64,000 bases of DNA from Tubiluchus corallicola. Its lineage: Eukaryota; Animalia; Priapulida. Made by a program: the position numbers and the translations under genes. The notes below the pieces were generated by a model that had not been told where the DNA came from, did not search any database, and saw nothing but the letters and a program-made list of their open reading frames with translations. Positions within the stretch are counted from its first letter, which is position 1. Each line of letters opens with the position of its first letter. The stretch covers positions 682,001 to 746,000 of the forward strand of contig JAQGDQ010002371.1 of NCBI GenBank assembly GCA_030141605.1, in the 5' to 3' direction. Of the stretch, positions 50,501 through 62,300 are shown in pieces.

Positions 50501-53500
50501 AGCAGCGCTCGGATTATTCAGTTCTTTCAAACGCTTTAAGTCGTAGATTTGGATGCCAAAACAGGGAAAGCGTGTACAGAGCGCATTATAACAGCCGCGT
50601 GCGTCAAATCAATGAAGATTTACGTCAGTATGCGGAACAATTGCGCGTGTTGTATCATCGCGCGTATCCTGCTGTGGATTTAAATTCTGCTGAACACCAA
50701 CTTACTTTAAAATTCATAGATGGTTTGGGAGACCCTGAACTAGCAATACACGTGCAACAAAGTTCACCCACCAATTTATCAGATGCTTTAGCATCAGCGC
50801 TTTCAATTGAATCCATTCGCCTTACTGCTAAACGTACAGCAGAACTTTCTGAAGCTGCCAAGCCGCATAAACCTATGCTTAGAGCTCAACAACCTGTATC
50901 TGATTCACGTTCAATTTCTTTTAGAAATGGCAAATTCGTATGCTATAATTGCGGAGGACATGGACATTTTGCAAAGCAATGTCCGTCTCCTGCAGTTTCA
51001 GCGCAGGCCCAGCCTGGGCAATCGAGTCGGAAACCTGTAACATCAAATTTCGCGGGTCCAGACAGAAAATGGTCTCACCAGAGTCCAAATATGCAGAATA
51101 GCTCTAGTACTAATTTGAACCAATCGCGTCGCAGTACTGCTCGTCCTCACCATCCGCCACGTTTTCAATAGCGGGTGGAAGGAGACCGAGGCAACCATTC
51201 ACCCGCCGGAATAAAACCGCCTCTAAGCGTCAAGTTAAACCAGAACTGCGCTATGCAAACAGTCCCATTAATTTTTCCGATGGCTTGTATGTGGCCGGAT
51301 CCATAAATGGCAGGGTCTGCCGAATACTGGTTGACACTGGAGCCACACATACCACAGTGCAGTCAGAGCTTGTTACTAATAGGCAAAAGCCTCTTTTTAA
51401 GCAAAAAGCCGTTGGTGTAACGGGAACATTTCTCGATTTACATGGTCCTGTTAAAATTTCGCTTAAACTTGGTGCAAATTCAGTGCAGTGGTCAGGCACA
51501 ACTGATGTTTGGCTGACTGATAGTCTTGTTGGTGAAGACTGCATTTTGGGCCTTGATTGGCTAAATAAACACCAGGCAGTTGTTGATGTAGGCCAAAAAT
51601 GCCTTACGTTTGCAGATGGTCGCATTGTTAAACTTTCGCTATTGCCAGGCGGTTGTACTGAAATTGCGAACATGCGTCGTGTTAAAATTCCTGCTTTTTC
51701 CGAAGCTATTGTAGAGGGTAGACCTGTGGTACCATTGCCACACTGTTTAGGCATGGTTAGTCGTGGAAACCAGCCATACCGTGCAGATGGCTTATTTACA
51801 GGTCGTGTGACCACTTCGCCAGGTGCCCCTACTGTTAAAACTGTGGTAGCAAATGTTTCAAACAAACCAATAACGCTTTTTGAAAATGAAACAGTTGGTC
51901 AATGGGAATTTGTTAACAGCATTGAACAGCCTTTGAAACTTGCTTCTTTAAAATCTAGAAACGGGTTTCGTACTAAACCTGAAGTTTCTGAAAGTTCACT
52001 GCCTGAACCAGTTCGAGATTTATTAAACCGTAGCAAAGAAAACTTGTCAAAAACTCAGTTTAAAAAGCTGCAAAACTTCCTGCAGAAAAATAATGATTTG
52101 TTCGCGTCTGGGCCTTATGACCTCGGACATACTAACATCGTACAGCACCGCATTAATACGGGCACCCATCCACCTATCAAGGCACAGCCTATGCGACTAG
52201 GCCAAGCCCAGCGTGAGCAACTTGATCAGGCGATGGATGAGATGCGTGCGCAAGGGGTGATAGAACCATCATATAGCCCCTGGTCATCTGCGGTCGTACT
52301 GGTACGTAAAAAAGATGGTGGTACACGCTGTTGTGTGGATTATAGGTCCCTCAACACCATAACTGTAAAGGATAATTATCCATTACCGCGTATTGACGAT
52401 TCAATAGACGCGTTGTCCGGTGCTGAGTGGTTTTCCACTCTGGATTTAAAATCCGGATATCACCAAGTGGAAATGGCACCAGACGATAAAGAGAAAACCG
52501 CGTTCATTACGCACCAAGGCCTTTGGCAATTTAAATCAATGCCCTTTGGCTTATCAAACGCGCCAGCGACCTTTGAACACTTAATGGAACAGGTCCTGGC
52601 AGGACTTCATTGGCGTACGGTTTTAATTTATCTAGACGACATCATTGTTTATGGTCGTACGTTTGATGAACATTTATTACGACTTCAAGAAGTTTTTGAG
52701 CGATTTCGGTTAGCTGGCCTTAAACTCAATGCAAAAAAGTGCACGCTTGTGCAAAAACAAGTGCTGTACTTAGGCCATATAGTCAGCAGTGTCGGGAGTT
52801 CAAACCGATCCGGCTAAGACGGAAGCCGTTGCAAAGTGGCCTCGGCCCACTAACATTTCCGAGCTTCGCAGTTTTTTAGGTCTTTGTACTTATTACCGAC
52901 GCTTTATTCAAAATTTTGCTAATGTTGCTAGTCCTCTTTATCAACTTACGCGGAAAAATCAATCTTTTGTTTGGCAAACTAGCCAGCAGCGTTCATTTGA
53001 GCGTCTAAAAAACTTGTTGACAAGCGCACCAATTCTGGCATACCCCCAGTTTGATAAACAATTCATTCTGGACACTGACGCCAGCAGTGTCGCTGTCGGA
53101 GCTGTCTTGTCACAATTACAAGGAGAGGAGGAGCATGTAATTGCGTATTATAGCCAGGTTCTTTCGCCAGCAGAGCAAAATTACTGTGCTACACGGCGCG
53201 AACTGTTAGCAGTAATAAAGGCAGTGAATCACTTCCATCACTACCTGTACGGGCGCCAGTTTTTAATACGGACTGATCATGCTGCCTTGCGCTGGCTTCG
53301 ATCTTTGAAGAAGCCAGAAGGTCAGCTTGCCCGCTGGTTGGGAAAGCTGGACCAGTATGATTATTCCATAGAGCACAGGTCTGGCAAAAACCACAACAAT
53401 GCAGATGCTCTCTCTCGCAGGCCTTGTGAGGCTGAATGTAAATTTTGTTCAAGTAAATGTACAGAATCCACTGAATCGGAAAATGAATTCGTACTAAACC

Positions 53501-56500
53501 CAAAAGAGCTACACGAACATTGTTTAGCAAGCGCGGAAACCTTTGTGGATTCCAAACGCGCAAAAATCGCGAGAGCAGGAACTACGCTTCGCGATATAAA
53601 CTTAGATTTTGCTCACGAACAAGCTGAAGATAGGGACATAGCCCCTATTCTTGGCTTTTTGCAAACTACTGAGCAACAGCCACCTTGGGAACAAATTTCT
53701 GCATTGAGTCCAGAAACCAAGGCGCTCTGGCAACAATGGGGAGCCTTGCGTGTTGAAAATGGCATTGTTCAGCGCCGCTGGGAGTCTCCTCAGGGAAACA
53801 TTGTACGTTATCAGTGGATTGTTCCCCACAATTTTCGGGAAAGCCTACTGACTGGTTTTCACAGTGACGCATCTGCTGGTCATTTTGGCCAAAATAAGAC
53901 CTTTGCAAAACTTCGTGAACGTTATTTTTGGCCAGGGATGCGAAAAGATGTTAAGTTGTGGATCCGTTCTTGCCACGAATGTTGTGGTAAAAAAGGACCA
54001 CAAAGAAAGCCAAGAGCACCTCTGCAAATGTATCGCGTGGGCGCTCCAATGGAGCGAATTGCAATTGACATTGCAGGTCCTTTTGTACGTTCAGACTTAG
54101 GCAACAAGTACATTCTAATTGCAATTGACTACTTCACAAAGTGGCCTGAGGTTTTTGCTATACCGAACCAAGAGGCCGAAACTGTTGCCTCAGTCCTAGT
54201 GAACGAGTTTTTCTGTAGGTTTGGTCTTCCAGGGGAGATACATAGTGATCAAGGTCGCAATTTTGAGTCGCGTATTTTCCAGCAATGCTGTGAGTTACTG
54301 GACATAGTGAAAACGCGAACTACCCCTTTAAATCCAAAAAGTGATGGTCTCGCAGAACGGTATGTACGCGTCATTTCTCGGCAATTAGCGCAGTTTTGCA
54401 GCAACCACCAGCGTGACTGGGACGTTAAATTACCTCTGTTTGTTTTTGCGTACAGGTCGGCAGAGCATGAGTCGACAGGTTTCACTCCTGCAAAAGCAAT
54501 GCTAGGCCGTGAGCTTCGTCTTCCTTTGGACTTGCTTACAGGTCGTCCTCCCTCGGACACCCCTTCTTGCAACATAGTAGAGCATGTCAAACAACTTGAA
54601 AACAACTTGTATGATGTTCATCATTTCATTCGTAACAACTTACGATTTTCTGGCGAAACAATGCGCAGACGTTATGACGTCAAAGCCAAGACCCCACGTT
54701 TTAAACCTGGTGACTTAGTGTGGTTTTTCAATCCACAGCGCAAAATTGGACGGTCGCCAAAGTTGCAATTAGATTGGCAAGGACCATACGAAATCGTTAA
54801 GCAATTGTCAGAAGTAGTTTTTCGCATACGCCTTCCAGGAGCAAAACGCTGCAAAGTCGTTCACGCAGACAGATTATGGCGGTATACACCTGCGCAAGGT
54901 TTTTCTTGGGGTACTCCAGAAGTTCAGAGTACTTGCACGCAAGTAGATAGCCAAGCAACTATTAATTACGAGCTTTCCGGGGACAGCAATGAGAGTTCTT
55001 TAGTTGAAGCTCCAGTTTCTTTTGGATTACCACCACCCCCATACTCTCCGCATAGAAGCAGCATCTCAGAATCGGAAGTAGAAACTGCATCGCGTTCACC
55101 TGCCTTTGTGCCTGGTAGTGACAGCCCTTCTGCGCCTGCCCTGTCGCCCCAGCAAAGCCCTACTAGTGATTATTTCCCCAGCGACCGCATGGAAGCTCCG
55201 TCTCCACCTCCTTTATCACCCGTCCACCCAAGAACTTCTACTCCTAGAAAACCAGCTTCGCCTGGTCCATTAAGTCTGTTGTCGAGTAATGACACAGAGA
55301 CTGAAGTCTCAGAAAGTGAGACTAGCTCTGCGACGAAGTCTTCTCAGAGAAGCCATAAAAATACACAGAGCGGAGTAGATAGTGGAGAAACCACTATTCT
55401 TTACGAACTTATGGAATTCGATACGCAAAGTGAAGACGAAAATGACCCCTCATTAGCCCACGTTACATCCTCTCCCCCTCTTATCCCGGACCAGGGCGAT
55501 TCTATTTGTACCCCACCTTGCCTCACTCCCACTACCTTGTACGGAGCGGCAGCAACTGCTGATGACCCAGAGCCTTCTTCTAACGTTAGATCCTACCCTC
55601 GTAGAAATCGTCTCCCTCCCACCAATCTTGGAAACTACATCTTTTATGATCCAACAGCTATTGGGACACGGACTCGAGATGCTCGATTTGCTCGTCTACT
55701 CCGTGAAACTGATGTACCACTAGAACCATGTATTTTGACAAACTGTCCCTGTCAGAAATTGTTTTCTGGTTCACCAAGCAACGACGTAAGCGATGCTACA
55801 AGCACTTTGTTGGAGCGAGCACCACCTCCACGCAGCATGTTTTACCTAAAAACTTACAACGATTAAAGTTTGGTACGCAACAAAACGCTTACACTCTATG
55901 CTAATTATTCTCACGTCTTTACGTCACAGGATTTTGGGAATTGCCAACAAACTACTATTCAGCTGGAAAAGATGATGCCGAAGTTATTAGTTGCTAAAAT
56001 TTAGAAGAATGGAAGTGTCTAGTAAGCTACATGACTGTAAACTGTCTTATTTGTGTTTTATGACACTGGAACATGCAACGGTGTTAATGTACTTAGTTTG
56101 ATTATCTTTGAAACTTGAATTGTTTTCGCTAATCAATTGTTTGTTTGAATCGGCCTCATTTTAGCTTCCCAGCAGCACCTAGCCCATCGCACCCTCGGTG
56201 GACGTGACTGACAGAGATCGAAGCCCGTTGGTAAAGTATTCGTTGATTAAAGGTAAAGTCAAATCTCACTCTTGACGACTTTCAGTGGTTGATCGTGAGA
56301 CTGGGCTGTTATTCGTTTTTTGTAATTATTGTTAATGCTATGCTATTTTGTTCCCTAGTGAATTGTTCTGTTGCCATTTAACAAGAAATTTGTATGAAAG
56401 AAATTACTGTTATTTTAATGGTTGGTTAAAAAAGGAAAAAGAAATCCTGTTTATGTTGAAAAGAGTTTGCTTGTCTTTTAAAACGTAATCTCGGCAATTG

Positions 56501-59293
56501 ATGTTTCTCAAACATTCTTGTTTCTGTGCTGAATACAGCGCAAATCTGACTGCATTGAGTGAAATCGTCATTTCTGTAGAATCGACGTTCTTAAGTACAT
56601 GTTCTTATGGAGAAACTTTATAAATTTTTTGGCGTTGTGTTTAACGTTTATTTGTTTAATTTTGCTTCTGCAAGAGTTTAACTGCAGTTTGTTTCAGGAT
56701 CTTGACCTTGAAGCAGTGCAGTGGAAACATTGAGTAATACCTCGTTTTAATTTGCCCGTTGTTGATTTCTTGTAGCCATAGCCGTACCTACTTTGCCCTG
56801 TCGCCGTCGTTATTGGGTATCTTAGCCAGATTGGTCCGCTTTCGTCTGATTACTAGATTGTTGGAAGGACCAATGGATAATTTCATTTATTCATTTTCTT
56901 TGCATAATTAGTTAGTTTTTGTTTGACTTGGTGCAAACTCATTTACGTCTATTTAACTTTCTATTTGCTACATTAAAGGAGCAGTAAACATTAGTTGGTA
57001 ACCTTTTTTCTCATACTTGTAACAGCTATTAATTCGGTTGTTATCTGATTTACGAACAAATGTGACTTATTCTTACGTACGTTATGCTTTATAAACGAAT
57101 TGTAATTATCAGTTTGGTTGTATCTAGTATTACAGATGACTTGTGTAATGAAGATTACTGTTGAACATTCAGAAGTTATGTAATGATTAGGTGTGAAATA
57201 AAGAAATGCCTGTACCAATTTTTGTTTCCTTAGGTAATGAAGGGAGTTAGATGCATGGTGGACTAATTCGTCATTCTGCTAGCCCCTTTGAGCGAGAGGA
57301 TAGTCCATTTGAGGACAAATGGAGGCTAAGAAGGGGGTAGTGTTGCGGCCACGCTTGGTCAAGGTTGACTTTGCGCATGCGCAAGGTCACTTGCTATAAA
57401 AGCGGTGAGCACGTAGGTTACTACGTCTCTGTCGTGCTCACGTCCACCATGTGTGCTGCTCTTTTCAGTGCTTAACAGGATTGTCGTTTGGGGTAGGTAC
57501 GGCGTAGTTTGAACCTGATTATTTATCTTTTGTATTTCTTTCTCTGCACTCTGTCCTAGTGGAATGCAAAGCGCGCCAACGAAAGCTGACTGCTCAGCCG
57601 TCTTCGCGTCCCTCGACCCCCTGGCAGCCCCCAGGGGAGGGCTCCGCAACAATATATATATATATGCGGGGCCTTTGCTAGTCTCTTATATTAATATTCT
57701 TGGTATATTTATATATATATAAGATTCGAGGCTACAGCCCGGACGAGGGCACCATTTGCGGCGATCTATATATCAAAAGAAAGGTCTCGATCTAGTGTCG
57801 TGCCATTGATGGTTTATTTTTCGAATTGGGCCCACCGGGAGGAACGGGAGGCAAAAAACCTCCAAAAATGGCCCTTTTTCGGCCGTTTTTTGCAAAAGTT
57901 ATACGGCTGAGATGTAGAGAACGGGAACGGGCCGAGGGGGGTACTGGGTATGGATAGATAGCCCGTTCAGCGGTGGGTGTAGTAGGCATATTTAGAATTC
58001 CCGAGAGGGCCAGGGCGCCCCGCAATGGGCGTTTTCCCGGACCCAACTCGCGATTTTTTCGAAATTTTGACCAAACAGCCTGCGGAAAAAACGTTCTAGC
58101 GTCGCCCGGTGGGACTCTAGGAAGGAGATATATAGCTCATCAGAAAGAGGAAGGACAGGGCTACATGATGATATGAGCTATATTTTAGGACAGGTCCACC
58201 GAGAGGAGTACCGGCGAGTTAATTAGATGTTCTATTTTCGGCAATTTTCGCTTAGAAAACTGTCCTAACGCATTCCATTGTGCTGACGTCATCCATTGTA
58301 CTCTATAACTTTAATTCAGCAAAAAGCTGCTCTGCGTTAGATAAACAGACATACAGTAGGCATGATGTTACGGGCTACAGGCTTTGCGTTAGGTAAGTAG
58401 GCAGGATGTTACGGGCTTTACGGGCTTTGTGTTATAAATGAGGACTAGGTAGGATGTTCGCGTATTATTAATTACACGTGTATTTATACGCAAAATCTTT
58501 TGCGGAGCCTTTGCTAGTCTCTTATATTAATATTCTTGGTATATTTATATATATATATAAGATGCGAGGCTACAGCCCGGACGAGGGCACCATTTGCGGC
58601 GATCTATACATATAACGAAAGGTCTCGATCTAGTGTCGTGCCATTGATGGTTTATTTTTCGAATTTTTCGGAGGGCCAGGGCGCCCCGCAATGGGCGTTT
58701 TCCCGGACCCAACTCGCGATTTTTTCGAAATTTTGACCAAATGGCCTGCAGAAAAAACGTGCTAGTGGCGCCCGGTGGGACTCTCGGAAGGAGATATATA
58801 GCTCTTTACAAAGAGGAAGGACAGGGCTACACGATAATTGGGCTATATGTTACGGCATGTCCACCGAGAGGAGTATCGACGAGTTAATTCGTGTTCTATT
58901 TTCCGCAAATTTCGACAATTTTCGCCTTAGAAAACTGCAGACCGCATTCCATTGTGCTGACGTCATCCATTGTGTCTATAACTTTAATTCAGCAAAAAGC
59001 TGCTTTGCAACATACAGTAGGCAGGAGTAAACGCTGCTGGCTTTGCGTTAGGTAAGTAGGCAGGATGTTACGGGCTGTGTGTTATAAATGAGGACTTGGT
59101 AGGACGTTTGCGTATTATTGATTACACGTGTATTTATACGCAAAATCTTTTGCGGGGCCTTTGCTAGTTTATGTTTTAATTTGCATGTGTTGAGAGGAGG
59201 TGTTATAATTATTGTATGTCTTGTAATTATTGTATGTTATGTGTTCTATGAACCTGGTTCGAAATAAAGACTTAAATCAAATCAAATCTCTCT

Positions 59294-59366
<73 letters not shown>

Positions 59367-62300
59367 TAAATATGTCTAGATCATGTATTATAAGTAAGAT
59401 TATTTTCATTAAATGGAATTAACTTATTGAACAACATTGTACATTAATTTTTCTCATCAGAAAAAGCTTTTAATATGCAAACCTGTAAAGCTGAGATATT
59501 TTGACCTAGCAGTGAAAGAGTAATCTCTATGAAATTGCTTTCTCCACTTTCTAATTTGCTCATGTTGCACGTGATCCTATTGCAAATCGTGTTCCTACAA
59601 TGCTTCAAAAAAATGAATAAGATACAAGCTTTTTGAATAAAACACCTACAAATATCATCATTATCAAATCATATTTTAAATGCTTCCAGTTAATGTAAGC
59701 TTGTTAACAAACATGCTTTTCTTTGCACACGTGACAATTGCTACCAGCAAGTTTTAACAGCATCTCACATTTCAGTATATGCTAGACATCAAATGCGGTC
59801 AATGGAAAACCATCAGCAGACAAGTGGGAACAGTGAAAAAGCATAGCCTTTAAGCAGTGAAGCCATGTGAAGCCCTTGGTGAATTAATGCACCAAAGTAA
59901 AGATAATGGAATACGAGAAAAGTCAGTAGAAGTTAATAAAAAATGTACAGAGTAGTTTAAAGTTATAGTAGTTGGAAGTTTATGAAGCATTCAAAAGAGT
60001 CATATGCAAGCATTATATACTTGAAGTAAAAAATCTATGATTTCTTTCATGTGTTTAATGTTTGATACATACAGTGTAAATCCAAATTCTTGAATTAAAA
60101 GAAAATTATTTAAAAAGTTACCATAATTATAGTTTATACTAGTGAAAGTATTTGAATAAATGCATGAAATTTGTCAGATTAAAATATTTTTTCTCATAAT
60201 TTTGTCTAATGTATGCTAACCAGCACATACACTTGCTTTACTATACTTAATCATATTAACTCACAATTATGATTTCATTTGATATGTTGTTTGACCTGTA
60301 CAGATGAGCTCTAGAATGAACTTCTTTCATCTCTTGCTGTTCAGTTTCCGTAACTGTGTGGTTTAACCTCAATCCACTGCAGTCAGTTTTGAGTGGCATG
60401 AAATTATGGTCCCTCATCTAAAGAAATGCAAGCAAGTGCATAATTTGAATAAAAATTATTATTGGCAAAACTAGAAAGAAGGAAAAAGTCATGACTTTTG
60501 TTCGGATGCAAAACACTGTTGTATCTAGTGCCATATTTTGTTAGAGTTCAGTCATATAACTATGTGGAAAGTGGAAACATTCTTTTATAAGCAAGTTTTT
60601 CTTGTGATATTCATACTTACTAGTTTTTAAAATGTTTCACATGTTACTCTTGTAAGCACACTATCACAAACTTGATAGCCTGGCAAAGCGTACACTTAAA
60701 AAAGTGAGCTAAGAAAATGTAACGCATGAAATAAAAACAACTTTTTTGTGAAATATAGTAAAATGAATACAGCAATTACCATACTACCCATGTATCAAAT
60801 GCGAAGTTGTTTGCTCTTCGAAAGATAATGCAAAACAAGTGGCTGGACACTTGTCCCTATATCTAGCATTAACTCTATACTATACCGTTCAAAGAAACTT
60901 TGTTTAGATGAGAAATTACTATGCAAAGCAAAATAAACATCATTCAGTAAATCAAATCATAGAGAATGTTTTTAATTAATGACAGCGTATCGCTAAAAAG
61001 AGCTGATAATATGGACAGAACAATGTTTGTAAAACACTCACCTGCAAATCTCTTATAATCACAACTTGTTTTCTGATGTCCAAATTATATATTGGAATTA
61101 AGATATCAAGTTGACTTGCAAGTATGTTGCTTGGACCATCATTGTGAATCTAAAAAAGCAGGACAAAAAACTTAAATGATTATCAGGATTTTGTACTGTT
61201 TTGTCAATTATAAAAAATGGCTTATTACTTTTAACATTTTTACTGTTGCTAAAATACATTTCTGGCCATAGTTATTTAAATCTAAGAGTGTTGTAACATT
61301 ACACAAATGGCATTCTTGATTTTTATTGCTAATTCCTGTTTAGAAAAATGGCTACTAATAAATCACATGACTTTGTCTAGCCTAAAATGAACTCTGCTTA
61401 ATTTTTTATATTACAAAATCTTTACTAACTAGACTTGCATACTATTTTATAATTAATGCAACTACTAGTATGTATATTCACTCACATCTATGCTTTGCTT
61501 TACAGTTGAAGCTTGTCCACCATCGCTTTTTGTGGTAGAATCCTCACTAAACACTGCAATCTGCTCTGGGTTTGACACTCTGTGAAAGTGTTACAGCGTA
61601 CATTTAGGTTAATACTAACCGAAACTTTCAAAATGTCGTAAGCTAAGTTCAGGAACTTGTGCTATATAGTAGATACAATAAATTGCACATCATGAATTCC
61701 CTTATGTTTCAATACACAAATACTGAGATTAAAAACTGTTAAAATTTGCTTTTATTAGACCTGCTAACTTTATTTAATTCTTTACATATTGAAATTCGCA
61801 CACACGAAAATGTCATTATTACAATTAAAAGGCCTGCAAAGCACCTTACCCAAACACTACTATGTCAGATACATAATCATTCTTAAGTTCTAGTTTAACA
61901 GTATTATCATCCAATGTTGCAGGTGATTCTTTGCTAGCTGACAAGGGTGTAATTTCTATGTTAATTTTGCTTGTCGTAATTTCACTTAATGCATTGGCAG
62001 CCGTGACTTCCACAGTGAAGTTTACCTGCAATATAGTATTTTATCCACCATTCTGTTTCTTAAAATAAACACCATAAAATGGCATTTTTCTAATAAATCA
62101 ATGAACAAAAAATGGATTAATATATTTTTCTCATGCTGGTGATGTTACACACTTACATGCTGTATTTATATAACCAACAACACTAACCAATTAAAACTTG
62201 TGAACACACGTAAGTTTGCGAACATTAAGTTGATTAATGTACACACCAGTGTAAAAATTTGTAATATTAAGTCTATTATGGTCTATTATGGTAACACAGA

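Larger units (their letters stand above)
49227..57651 (+). mobile_element. Full-length Ty3/Gypsy LTR retrotransposon, young
   Basis: 311-bp LTRs 49227-49537 and 57341-57651 (TGTTGCGG...CCGCAACA) with 2 differences seen; PBS TGGTGTCGAAGTTGGG at 49539 (tRNA-Leu-like, inferred); PPT AAGAAGGGGGTAG at 57328-57340; ATAT on both flanks; domain order PR-RT-RH-IN. Confidence 0.97.
47498..59288 (+). mobile_element. 5'-truncated non-LTR retrotransposon (RTE-X-like by motif); 3' UTR interrupted by Helitron-like and Gypsy insertions
   Basis: RT ORF to 49196; the 3' UTR resumes at ~59168 and ends AATAAAGACTT(AAATC)3; (TC)n on both sides. Confidence 0.8.

Noticed and set aside
37625-55866. Functional link between the duplicated ESCRT-III gene and the nearby Gypsy carrying late-domain-like motifs
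   Set aside because: Proximity only; the Gypsy is a recent insertion in a different gene, and nothing in the sequence ties the two.
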